The position numbers were made by a program, and so were the translations under genes. From NCBI GenBank assembly GCA_053919585.1, contig CM132792.1: 64,000 nt of DNA; one strand, written 5' to 3'. Of the stretch, positions 24,853 through 37,227 are shown piece after piece (the stretch's first letter is position 1; every line of letters starts with the position of its first letter). The notes beneath the pieces are model-generated. The model was not told the origin of the DNA. It worked only from the letters and a program-made list of their open reading frames with translations, and searched no databases. This stretch comes from Euprymna scolopes (taxonomy: Eukaryota).

Positions 24853-25770
24853 ATACATCATTTGTCAAGTAAGTTTCCGTCATGAATGTCAAACAGTGCT
24901 TTATCACAATTAAGTTATATGTGGGGACATTTTGGTTGTCGTCCTATCAATAAGAGCTGTGATTATGAATGGACTTCATACTTACCGGATCTTAACTGCC
25001 AGTTTTTGTTTTATTTACAATGTTATTTCAAAGATATTGCTATCAAAATAATACCACGACTATTTCTGAACTGAAGAGGATCATATCTAGTGATGGGACG
25101 ATTCTAGTATTTTTCCCGATTCTGATAAATTACCGATTCCGATTCTATAATCGCATAAAACAGTAGAAGAGATCTAGATGAAGGTCATTGTCTATTTTTA
25201 AATGTAAATATAATTTTCTTTGAAATTTGACAAACTTCTTAATATGTTCCCTATTCATGCATTTTATCCAAGATTTTGATAAACTCATTGTGGGATGTTA
25301 ATCTATATATTTTATTTGTGCCATTTTTCTTATCAACTCCTGCCATTTTTAACTATGCTATTTTATCAGACTGTTTCTACGGTTCTATTTTTACCTTAAT
25401 TTGTTTTTATGCTTTATAAATTTTTGTTTTATTCATAGTTTAAAATTAATAAATGTTTATCGTTTTAGCATTAATATCTGCAATGGAAAATTAAGTTTTA
25501 AACAATAACAACAAAAATCAAAAGAATCGTTTTGGGAATCAGAAATTTGGGTAAAATTTTTTCCGATACCGATTCCGACTCTCGATTCCAATGAAGCGTT
25601 CCATAACTAATCATAACAACCCAAAACCAAAGCAGTGCCGCGAGAGGAGTGCGTTTAGTGGTATTTTTGTGGTGATATTATCCTATATATTTAATATATG
25701 CATTACTTTAATTAGTACGAAAACAAATGATGATAGAAATTGTAGACAAAACTGCTTACAAAACTATGTT
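24853..25770 (+). mobile_element. Internally deleted Tc1/mariner-superfamily element interrupted by a hAT MITE
   Basis: WTSYLPDLNCQFLFYLQCYFKD..TISELKRII resembles the WP.YSPDLNP.DF.LWGYLK motif; weak terminal inverted similarity. Confidence 0.55.
25088..25609. mobile_element. hAT-like MITE
   Basis: TIRs TAGTGATGGGACG / CGTTCCATAACTA; 8-bp TSD ATCATATC / ATCATAAC; subterminal (C)CGATT(C) repeats. Related inverted copy at ~32946-33375. Confidence 0.8.
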
Positions 25771-25867
25771 AAAATAAAAATTGATGAAATCAAAACAAAA
25801 TGAGAGAACTGATTACAAGATGATGAAAAATAAGAAAACTTGACGAAATTATTTATAAAAATTATTT

Positions 25868-26209
25868 TAAAATTATGATGAAGTAATAACAAAATATAAC
25901 TTAACTTATGAAGTAATAACAAATATATAACTAAAATTATGATGAAGTAATAACAAATATATAACTAAAATTATAATGAAGTAATAAAAAATATATAACT
26001 AAAATTATGATGGAGTAATAACAAATATATAACTAAAATTATGATGAAGTAATAACGAATATATAACTAAAATTATGATGAAGTAATAACAAATATATAA
26101 CTAAAATTATGATGAAGTAATAAAAAAATATATGACTAAAATTATGATGAAGTAATAACAAGTATATAAGTAAAATTATGATGAAGTAATAACAAAATAT
26201 ATGACTAAA
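25868..26209. repeat. 34-bp minisatellite, about 10 copies
   Basis: Unit AAAATTATGATGAAGTAATAACAAATATATAACT with minor variants. Confidence 0.95.
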
Positions 26210-26475
26210 GTTTTTTTCCACTTATTTGAAACCAACATTGTTAATCATACATTGTGAACATCGATTTCTGAACATTGAATAACAATTTTTTTTTTATTTC
26301 GACCTATATTTGAACAATTATAATTCAATAGAAACTATATCTGTTTATGAGCCGGAAAATATTTATGAAGTGAAATAACAGAATATATTAAAAGTATAAT
26401 TGCCACCGAAATCACACAGACGCTCGTGCGCACGCGCAAAGATGAAATATATAAAGTTAGCACATTGTTCATATC

Positions 26476-26531
<56 letters not shown>

Positions 26532-26538
26532 GTCTAGC

Positions 26539-26580
26539 CACACTGATGAGCTGTGATACAGCGAAACGGCACTGTATGTG
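26539..26580 (+). ncRNA. Minimal type I hammerhead, family F (canonical core)
   Basis: CACA-CTGATGA-GCTGT(GAT)ACAGC-GAAA-CG(GCAC)TG-TA-TGTG; predicted cleavage after A26576. Confidence 0.88.
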
Positions 26581-26583
26581 ACA

Positions 26584-27382
26584 CGAGGTGCCTTCAATAA
26601 GTTTCCAAACTTTTTTGTACAGGCATTTAAAATTGTCGTAGACTCTTGAAATTTCAGTATGTTATTGTTATACAACCGACCAATTTATGATTTCGGGTTA
26701 AAATGAACAGCTACAGCAGGTATTGGAATACATCCTACTAAAATCTCATTTTCACAGCTGGTGAATTTCAAAAATACAATCTGGACGTGAGGAAACTTTA
26801 TAAGAACAATATGCAATAACATTGTTTTAAACTTGGAGAAAATGCCACAGAAACGTATGGAATGCTTCAGACTGCTTTTGGATCATCTTGCATGAAACGA
26901 GCATTAGTTTTTGAATGGCATAAGAGATTCAAGGAAGGCAGGGAGTCTGTGAGAGATTATGAGAGTTGTGGATAGAGTAAAGAAGTCAGAACACCAGAGT
27001 TGATTGGTCTATAAAGACACGTTGGTGTCAATGTGAGAACTATACACACAATTATTCGCGAGGAACTGTAAATGCAGAGGATTTGCGCGAAGTTTGTCCG
27101 AATGGTTCTCCATCCTTGTCACAGACTATTTGACCAAAATGGGCATCATCCCCTCTGTTGTCCAGACCTTGCTCCCTGTGACTTAGAGGCTGTCGTTATG
27201 AGACAATTGATGAAATGAAAGAAACTGTGATACAAGAGAACTTCCATGGGGCTTGCTGCAACAGTACAACGAGTGCATTGCAGCCAGAGGAGATTACTTC
27301 GAAAATGATTAGAGTTCCATGTGCGTACTATCAATAAAAGTACTTATACGAAAAAGTCTGGAAACTTATTGAAGGAACCTCG
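26584..27382 (+). mobile_element. Internally deleted mariner
   Basis: TIRs CGAGGTGCCTTCAATAAGTTTCCAAACTTTTT / AAAAAGTCTGGAAACTTATTGAAGGAACCTCG followed by TA; CFKLGENATETYGMLQTAFG..VFEWHKRFKEGRESV; PDLAPCD. Confidence 0.9.
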
Positions 27383-27439
27383 TACGTGTGTATGTGTGTC
27401 TGTGGGTATCATTTCAGAAATTTAGATAAAACATAAAAA

Positions 27440-29605
27440 TATATCATTCCCTGTCACAGATGGTTACGTTTCCAACCTGTTTCCCAGACCAGCAAGAACA
27501 ACACGCTTCACTTCTAGATCTGTTTCTGACCACAGTTCCCAATGATTGTGTTACAAATGCCGACAGCCCACTTGGGAACGCTGATCATGCAGTGATAATG
27601 GTTGAAATCGCCCTAAACTCTAAAGCCAAAACTGAAGAGCCATTGCTCAAAACAACGAGATATAAAAAGGCTGACTGGGAAGCCATCAGGGATCTCATCA
27701 TCTTTTCACTTCCTGCTAAACAGTGCACAAATGAGACCACTGAATGGTTCAAAACGGCAATTGGAGCACATGTTCCCACGCGGAAATTTTATAGCAAGCT
27801 CACTCTCCCCAATGGTTTACTTCTACTTGTGCAGCTGCCATTACGTAAAGGCAGCAAGCGTACCGCAGATTTAACCGACATAAGTCCAGTTCAAACAGAC
27901 AGAAGTATATAGAAGCCAGAAGTAACTGTAAGAAAGAAATAGCGACAGCTAAGAGAGAATTTACTGAAACCACCATAAAAACGCATGGAATCACAGAAAT
28001 TAGGAACCCGTGATTTCTGGAAAATCTACAACAGTATAGTAAATAATGGGCAATCAACAATTTCCCCACTATCCAACAATCATGAGGTTGTTTGCTCAGA
28101 AACCAATAAGGCTAACATGCTTGCCAGTTGGTTTGCCTCCAACTCCACACTTTACCCTGCTAACCACCCCCTCCCTGACTTTCCTTTGCGGATAGACACC
28201 ACAATAGACAATTTGAAAATCACCCCTTCTCAGGTGCATGCTATCATAAAAAATCTTGACACTTCAAAAGCATGTGGACCTGATCTCATCCCAGCTGTGC
28301 TATTAAAAAAGTGCTCCGCCGAAGTAGCTCTGATTCTCTCCAAACTTTACAAAAAATACCTTAATGAATCTTGCTTTCTTGCCTGCTGGAAAACTGCTTT
28401 TGTGGTACCAGTTTTCAAGAATTCTGACGAAAGAACTGACCCAGTAAATTATCGTCACATTAGCCTCCTCCCACTTTTCGCCAAAATATTTGAGTCCATA
28501 ATTAACCGATCCCTAGTCCATCACCTTACAGATGCTAAACTAAAGAATACATAACATAATTAAATCTGTCATACATCTAAACAATATGATATAAATGCGG
28601 GAGTGTCTGAAGGGTCTATCATTGGAGCTCTATTATTCCTAAGATTCATAAATGACCTCCCTGACAAAATTGTCTGTGAGATGACTATATATGCTGATGA
28701 CACCACGCTCTATAACAAACACGACAGGAAAACAAATGAACACATATCTAAAGAAATGGCAGAAACACTAGAGGATGACCTCCAATCTGTAGTGGAATGA
28801 GGGACAAAAATGGATGGGCACATTCAATGCTGCCAAGACTAAACTTGTTTCCTTCAATAACTACTAGAAACCTTCTCTACCACCAATAGTAATGGTCAAA
28901 GACTCTTTATCTGAAAGTACATCTTTTAAACTCTCTTAAAACTCCTCTGCTTAACGTTCACATGAAACATGAATTTGAACAATTACATTGAGAGCATTGC
29001 CAGGACCGTAGGTTCTCTTTACCGTGCTAGAAAGCTACTAACGCCCGAAAGTATCCTGTACCTCTATAAGGCCACCATTCGCCCATGTATGGAGTATTGT
29101 TGTCATATTTGGGCTGGTGCATCTGCTACTAGTCTCTCGCTCCTAGACAAGGTTAAAAAAGAGTCGCCAACCTTATAGGTCATGAACTGTCATCTAAGCT
29201 TCAGCCTCTGTCCCATCGACGAAATGTAGCATCCCTCTGCTTGTTCTAGAAGTACTTTAACGGTGAATGCTCCGACGAACTGCAATTTGTACCCCCTTCG
29301 ACCTAAATACCCCCAACAAACCTGATAAGCAACAAAATCCCACTCTTTCACAGTAGACATCACTAGATGTAAAAGATCTTTCTACTCCAGTAGTTTCTTC
29401 CCCAGAACTGCTAGACTTTGGAATTCTCTTCAGGATTCCTGCTTCCCCAACTGTACTGACATGAAGAAGTTCAAGTGTAACATGAACCGACATCTTGCTG
29501 CCCACCTCCCCATATAGTACCCCTGTAGCTTATGTCCCTGATAGTAGCCCCCTACATCAAAGTGGCAATGTGCCTTGTTTGGGGTGAAAATGTAATTTAA
29601 AAAAT
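27440..29605 (+). mobile_element. APE-RT LINE (CR1/L2-group), family 2, degraded
   Basis: SLLDLFLTT..GNADH; KACGPDLIP..WKTAFVVPVFK..NYRHISLL; INDLP..IYADDTT; LYKATIRPCMEYCCHIWAG. Internal RT deletion near 28550. Confidence 0.93.
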
Positions 29606-29637
29606 GTGTTTTATTTTTCTTAAGAAAAAAAGATTAT

Positions 29638-30093
29638 TTTAAACTTAGATTTTCTGGAATAAATTTCATTTTAAAAGTAAAATATTTGTTCTTAATATTA
29701 TTTGAAGATGTTATGTAGACTTATGGTCTGAAAGAAAAGTTTAATCGTATCTATTTACGCGGTTAAATGCTTGTATAAAATCAATATAAACGTAGAACAT
29801 TTTTAAAACATAATTTTCCTATTTTAGAAATTAAAATAAACCATTAACAATGTTACTTTTGGTTGAAATAAAATTTATTTTAAACTTAAACTTTTGGGAT
29901 GAAATCCATTTTCAAGGGATATTTTTCTTCGTTTTTCGTTCATGTTGTCCGAAGATGTATTGCAAATTTATGGTGTGAGAGAAAATTTAAATCATGTCTA
30001 ATTATGCGGTGAACAGCTTATATAGAATCAAGAGGGATTTCGACACATTTTTAAACATTGATTTTGATATTTTTTAGAAATAACAATTAAAAA
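29638..30093. repeat. Diverged ~240-bp tandem duplication
   Basis: TAAACTTA..TTT.GG.AT.AA...GAAGATGT..TTATGGT.TGA.AGAAAA occurs at ~29640 and ~29881. Confidence 0.7.
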
Positions 30094-33000
30094 NNNNNNN
30101 NNNNNNNNNNNNNNNNNNNNNNNNNNNNNNNNNNNNNNNNNNNNNNNNNNNNNNNNNNNNNNNNNNNNNNNNNNNNNNNNNNNNNNNNNNNNNNNNNNNN
30201 NNNNNNNNNNNNNNNNNNNNNNNNNNNNNNNNNNNNNNNNNNNNNNNNNNNNNNNNNNNNNNNNNNNNNNNNNNNNNNNNNNNNNNNNNNNNNNNNNNNN
30301 NNNNNNNNNNNNNNNNNNNNNNNNNNNNNNNNNNNNNNNNNNNNNNNNNNNNNNNNNNNNNNNNNNNNNNNNNNNNNNNNNNNNNNNNNNNNNNNNNNNN
30401 NNNNNNNNNNNNNNNNNNNNNNNNNNNNNNNNNNNNNNNNNNNNNNNNNNNNNNNNNNNNNNNNNNNNNNNNNNNNNNNNNNNNNNNNNNNNNNNNNNNN
30501 NNNNNNNNNNNNNNNNNNNNNNNNNNNNNNNACTTTCAAAAATTCAACACAACTCCCATAAGGTTGGTATATTCTTTATCTGTGTTGCCCTGAATAATTT
30601 ACATTGGTTATATTTTCTGTTTTTGCTGTTTTTTTATTTAACAGTTTCAGTTTTAAAGTGAAAGGTGTTCGATATAGTAAATGTGTATGACAAAAAATAT
30701 GCACAGGTAGTTTTTGAAATTCTTTTGTGGGTTTGGTTGCTTCTATGGTTATTGGTATGCCGAGGATATTCCTAAGTTTCTTTTTATGTCCTACATAAGA
30801 CCTTGTTATATATGTATGTATTTGTTTAGCTAAAAGTAATAGCACACAAAACCAACACCCACAAAGTTGGTATATTCTAGACCAGCAATGCCTTGGATGA
30901 ATAATATTTAAAATTTGTAAAATTAGTAATTCTTTGAGGTGGGGGTTACACTCGACCAGGTTGTGTCATGGAGGCGTCAGTTTCCCAGCAATTTCCAATG
31001 TTATGTAACTATATAAAGAAAGGGTGTTATTATTTCCAATACATTAAAACAAGAGGCGAAAAAAGAGGCGAGAGAAACAGAAGAGACGAAAAAAGAAAGA
31101 GAGAAGGAAGTAGAACGAAAGATAGAAGTTTTAATATAAACATGCTACACACTTTTAACCTCTTCTATTTTATTTTTTATAGATCCAGGCCATGCCGGGG
31201 ATCCCAGTTAGTTAGATACAGATAATCATTTTCCGTATCAAAATAAAACTTCTTAAAAATATAAAAGTGATTACCGTTGAAACTTGTGGGTTTCAGCGAA
31301 AATGTCAACAAACACAACACACTAAAATAACACAATTACACAAAAGATTTTATAAAATTTGTTATTTATTATTAATTGAACAAATAGGCAGTAAACAAAA
31401 TAAGAATAAGAAATAATATTCTAGCTTACAATGAATGAAGTTTCAACATTGAAATCGATTTAAAATATAATTATCGTTTGAAGGGATAATTGTACGCCAT
31501 TGATATTTCTGCTACGAAAAGGAAATATCATTTACTTGTGTGTGTGTGTTTTTTTTTTTTTTTTTTGTATTCGCTGATAAAGGCTTAGGTTTGACGAACA
31601 ATGTCTCTGTTTGTATATCAATCTGAAATTCCAAATTTATATGGTTATTTGCTATGAGGATAATGGATTCTCTTGGGAAAAATCGAATTTCTGATAGAGT
31701 TCCAAAATGTAATTGTTACATATGACAAAGTCTTTTCAAAGTTGACTTGAATTCACGACTGTATGATGTTGACCGCATTTGAGATGAAAATCTTTGAAAT
31801 ACATGAAAGACAGGTAAGATGCGCTTGCAACAGAGTTTACCTTTTTGACGGGAAAGATAGAGAAATTTATTTGCACGTTGATAATACTCCTATTTATGTG
31901 GAAACGGTCGGCTTAAGACACAAAGTTATTTTCACGGAATGCAAAGCGTTTTCGCCCGTGGACGTGGGTTACCGCACGTCGAGTGACTGTTAATGTTTTA
32001 AATTTTGATTATCAGGGAGACCTGATGTTGGCCGGTATTCAATGATGATCAACGAATGTTTCCCACTCCCATATTTTATTGTCATCGAAATCGGTGAAAT
32101 CGCCCATTTTCTAATCAAATCGATTGATTGCAAGGTCTAGTTGGGGATTCATCGCAATACACCGGGAGGAAGCATCACATACATTCCAAGAGTGACTTAG
32201 TCCACAATATGTTGTAGTCTACATTGCACTGTAGAGAACCTACTGTTTATTTTATAAAATTATATATATATATGCTTGAATTTAAGTTTAAAATGTCAAT
32301 GTCAAATATACTGGTGCAATTGTACTTTAAATAGAAACATTCATTTAGAACCAGACCCTCTCATATCAAATAACCTACTGTTAATTTTATATGTCGGTCT
32401 TTCAGTTTGTGTGGTAATAAAACTTCCCAAATGCACTTGTGATGTTAGGTCGCGTAAGGTGTTAACTTTGGTCAATATCGCCTGGTCTTTCTTTCATCGA
32501 AGTATTTCGATTATTGATACTTATTGAAAACATTCCGATACACAACCTATCTAAGAACACTGCCAGGCACATAAAGTACCTTCCTGTGAAATTTCATAAA
32601 AATTGACTGAACCGTTTTTGGGTCCATAAGCGAACGAACTCAGGCACATAAACACACACAGACAAAATTCTTTTTTATATTATAGTAGAGGTTTTGGCGA
32701 AGCGATCGATTATAAAAAGCAGAATAACAGCATAGCTATTTTAAAACCGTATCGATAAAAAGTAGAAAACGTGGACTAACATGTGCCAGTAGATACTAAC
32801 TTAGCAGATTATACATATGTCTTTGTTATTAAACCTATTGGGCACTAAATCTGACTTTACTGTACATAAAAAAGTAATTCAAATGGTTCCAATACCAAAC
32901 CTAATATATTAGAGTAAGCTATATTATTTTATCACTTTAAGGATACAGTACTGTTGGGACGATTAATCGGAATCGGGAATCGAAAAATCAGAATTGGGGG

Positions 33001-33577
33001 GTATCGAAATCTGAAAAATTTATGCCTATTTTCCGATGCCAAAAGCGATTCTTTCTATTGGTATTTGTTCTTTGATTTTGTTTAAAACTTATCTTTCCAC
33101 AGCTCTTATTAATGATGAAATGATAAATATTTATTGGTTTCGAACTACCAGTAAAACTAAAACTTATAGGTCACATCCATCAATGTAGTTTTATAATTTG
33201 CAAAAATATATGCTCATATTTCACGGATTTTTGCGCTAATCCGACCCACCAGTACATAAAAATATTATATAGTTTGAAATATTAAAAAAAATCGACATCG
33301 GTAATTGTATCGAAATCGAGAATTTAGACTAGAATAAGTAGTTGTATTGAAATCGCGAAAAATATTGGAATATGGATACAGATAATATGGGTCAAGCAAT
33401 ACCGAAATGACAGATGATAACTAAAGTTTTCAAAATATCTCGAGCATCAAAATACAAAAATATGTTAATTAAAATAGTATTAATTCGACCACCTGTGTCG
33501 ATAAAATAAATGCCAGTAAAAGGTTCGTTTTTTATCAATTTTAGAAAAATCGATATTATTCACAAATTTGAAACTCA

Positions 33578-33902
33578 ATTTTTTTTTTTTTTTTTTTTTT
33601 TTACACAGTGATCACAACTTATCAAGGCCCGGAAGCCACTCAGGGATAAGGGTTATTGCAAGTACATTACGTTAGTGAGGAGATTTGCTGAAATGTTTAC
33701 TTAAGGGGGCGGTTCATTAGGAATTTGTTAACATTGGACTTGAAGACAACCAAGTTGTAGTCCGGAGGGAAGCAGGCAGACGGAACAGAGTTCCACAGGC
33801 GTGCAGTTCTAAGAAAGAAGCTTTGTTCATGGAATCCGCGTTTTGATTTAGGCACAGATATAGAGTGGGGGAAATTTTTCACAGTGGATTCAGCTAGACG
33901 GG

Positions 33903-33905
<3 letters not shown>
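33578..33905 (-). mobile_element. Family-1 LINE 3' fragment with long A-tail
   Basis: ORF 33697-33882; T-run at ~33579-33602. Confidence 0.9.
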
Positions 33906-33995
<90 letters not shown>

Positions 33996-34539
33996 TAGTA
34001 AATGATTAAAGAATTCAACGTAGGTTTTTTTTTTAATTGAAACTGTGTATGTTACTTTCAGAACGAGAAAGAAGCACACATATTCCTGAGATTTATTGTT
34101 GCCTGGGTTGCTTGTTTTTTAGTTGTTTTTGTTTCTTTGTAACTATTTTCCATATTAGTGCAGAATATGCAAAATGGAGTACATGAGAGATTTTTTGGGA
34201 CGCGGTGACTACGATGAGAAGCCATTACGTTCTGTAAGCGGGAAGCGAATGAATCGCGTTGTGGTTAGTTTTTGGTCACGTTTACAGGAAATTATCGGCA
34301 ACTTCCGACAAGAGCGAGACTAGTCGATCACAATGCGTTCAGCTGATCATCGACGAATGTAACTGAAAACTTGGCAAACTCAATTTCTTTGTAATCGGGA
34401 GAAAGTAATTTACGAAGAATATAGAAAAGATGGATAAGGATGACAAAAAATAAAAACATAAACAATTTATTTGTGCTTATCGTAAGTTTTCACGTACGAA
34501 TACGTAATCAAATTTTAAAATTTATAAATTTACATACTA

Positions 34540-35132
34540 TCTCTACAATTATATAAATAGAACGTTGTCTGTGTGTAAGTTCGTTCCTTATAGACTCCGA
34601 AACGGCTGAACAGATTTTCTTTAAAATTTACAGAACTTTAGTGTATAAGTCTGGGAGTGATCTTAGTTAAGTTTTGTCTCAGAATACCCCGATAATAATC
34701 GATAATCGAAACCGTTGTTTTAATTTATCTATCATCGGTAAAGCCATTTTTCCATGTCGTCGCTTAGTAACAATGATAGAACAACGGGCCGTGCAAATTC
34801 TACTATGGGTAAGTTGATAGCGTGTTTTTTCTTTTGTTTTTTTTTGTTTTTTTTGAGGGGGGGGCTTTTTTGTTTGTTTTTGGCATTACATTGTCTGTAG
34901 GTTCAAACTCCGCACGTAAATTTCTTAAATTTTTTTCAGTAACTGCAAAGAATTTTATAAGACTTGAAAATTTACGGGGTTTTTTTTGTTGTTATTTTGT
35001 TTGTTTGTTTGTTTTTGCATGGCGCGGTCTGTAGGTTCAAATCACGCACGTAAATTTCTTAATGTTTTTTTTTAATCAAAATATTATATTTAAGCGTATT
35101 TTACGATCGGAAAACGCCGGGCAGCCTGCTAG
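34540..35132 (+). mobile_element. Non-autonomous Helitron, family H2
   Basis: A|TCTCTACAATTATATAAA...TCGGAAAACGCCGGGCAGCCTGCTAG|T. Confidence 0.8.
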
Positions 35133-35687
35133 TGTATAATAATGTGAAATCAGTATATATCTTGAATATTGTAATCTATCGTTTTTAACCTGAGAAATTG
35201 ATATTTGATTCTAACCAGAATTTTCCCGATTTTTATCTTTCCCCAATATACTTTACAAGAAAAAATGTATTTCCATTCATTTTCTTTCGATTCGTTTGTT
35301 GTTTCAATAAATGATGCAAGCAGCTTATTATTAATAATGAAGAATGGCCGTTAAAGTTTAGTTTTCTATTTTACTCATTTATTCAAAGCGAACATCTTAT
35401 GTGTCTTTCTTTAAAACAAATATTATATAATTGTTTTACATCTCACTGCCGGTACCAACGTAATAAAGATTTTTTTAGAATATTCACAGACTGTTTCGAT
35501 TTTTAAAATGAAAATGCTTTTCTTTTCAAAAATAATATAGCTAAAATGATAAGTAAAATAATGTTATTGCGGACTACTAATTAAAATGTTCTTGCGATAC
35601 AATGCCATCGTTAGCCACGCTGGTGGACCCTAGTAGATGAAACATGTGTACATGCATAACTATTTTGTTTCTAAATAAATAAAAAGA

Positions 35688-35726
<39 letters not shown>

Positions 35727-35755
35727 TTGTACACACACTATCTAATATATATATA

Positions 35756-36192
35756 TCCTTCAGGGAGACTAGCCACCCCTCCAAAGGGCGAATGAACCCT
35801 TTTGGGGGGTCAACGGCCAACTAGCACCGTGTGTGTTTGTGTGTATGTATGTGTGTGTTGGGGTGGAGAGGAATCCTGTAAGCCGTGGTGAAGGCAACCT
35901 TTCTAGGAGAAGCAAATCTCTGATTTAAAAAATCATAAAGCGGGAGACCAGTACCCGCATTAAGCTGGTCTGTAGTTTAACTTGTTGCTGGCTATCTTGC
36001 TTGTTGCTGGATCTCAACATTTGGAACCGAGAGAGAGATTTAGCTGTCGTACAAAGCTAAGACTCTGTAACATCATCTGTGAATAGATACTCCCTCAGGC
36101 ATTTGTCTATTAAAATGGTCCTGTGGCGATGGAAGTCATTTTTGGGCGCAAGTGTCTAAGAGAGTAGCACTCGTCTGACAAGACGTTGCAAT
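35756..36192 (+). mobile_element. RTE-related bipartite non-autonomous retroposon
   Basis: RTE 5'UTR-like motif at ~35890-35928 and 3' GAGTAGCACTCGTCTGACAAGACGTTGC; second copy at 19696; embedded in (TA)n. Confidence 0.65.
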
Positions 36193-36269
36193 CATATATA
36201 TATATATAAGAACAGAAAGGGAAGAACAGATTAAAAAAAAGAGAGGTTAAAGATAATCCAATATTTCTC

Positions 36270-36662
36270 AGGTCTGTCACATAGTTTGAAATAGCATTTT
36301 CCTTAGTCTGTCATACAAAAATTGAAAATAGTATTTTTATTTATCTGTCATGATTACACGTGCAATACAACAGCAATGCCTTTGTCTGACAGACCAACGA
36401 AGATGCTATTTCAATCTTTTGTTTGACAGATCAACAAAAATATTCTTTTAAACTTGTGTACAACAAACAAAAATACTATATCAAACTTTTCTTTGGCCGA
36501 CAAACGAAAACGTTATTTCAAACTTTAGTTTGACAGACCGATGAAAATGCTATTTCAAAGATTAATCAACAGACCAACGGAAATGCTATTTTGAACTTTA
36601 GCCTGACATATAAAAAAATGTTATTTGAAACTTTATTAGGACAGACCAAGTAAAATTCGATT
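36270..36662. repeat. Degenerate ~37-bp tandem array with the first 2-3 units inverted
   Basis: Unit TGACAGACCAACGAAAATGCTATTTCAAACTTTTGTT about 7-8 times from ~36386; reverse-complement units at 36270-36350. Confidence 0.75.
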
Positions 36663-37227
36663 TAAAACGGTATAGCTGGACACAGCCGTAGAATGTCGGG
36701 AAGAACTGTTTGTAGGGAGGCTTAGTCGCGTGTGAATATTGAATAGATCAAGAAAAATAAGGGATTAAATTTTTATTTTCAAAGGTTTCGATTTTTCGTG
36801 CTGTTTATATGGTCGAAGGGCTTCCGTTCGTCTTGGTCAATTATGGTGGCACGCCTCAGCAATAATTGTCATGTTTAAAGAACATGAGTACGACAAAAGG
36901 AACGGGTTGTCTGCTTTCCATAAGTGACCGAGGAGAGATGAGAAAGAGAGACTGGCGAATTGCTGAACATTAGTGCATCGGGTAGGCAAGGGTTAATTTT
37001 AAGGGACTGAAAACGAGGCTATAGAAACATCGCTGAAATTGATACCGTGTGTCTGTTGCAGGTTTTAATTGTCCTACAACAAAGAGAACAAAACCTCTCT
37101 TACATATTTACATTTTTAATCAAATTGCTTTCAGCGAAACATCACCAACTCAATTCTAGTTTAATGACTAAAAATAAATATGTCATCAGTATAGTTTATA
37201 ATTGGGCACTTGTAGATGAAAATTTAG

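Noticed and set aside
25868-26209. CRISPR array or snoRNA C-box cluster (ATGATGA)
   Set aside because: Plain head-to-tail 34-bp minisatellite with no spacers and no D boxes.
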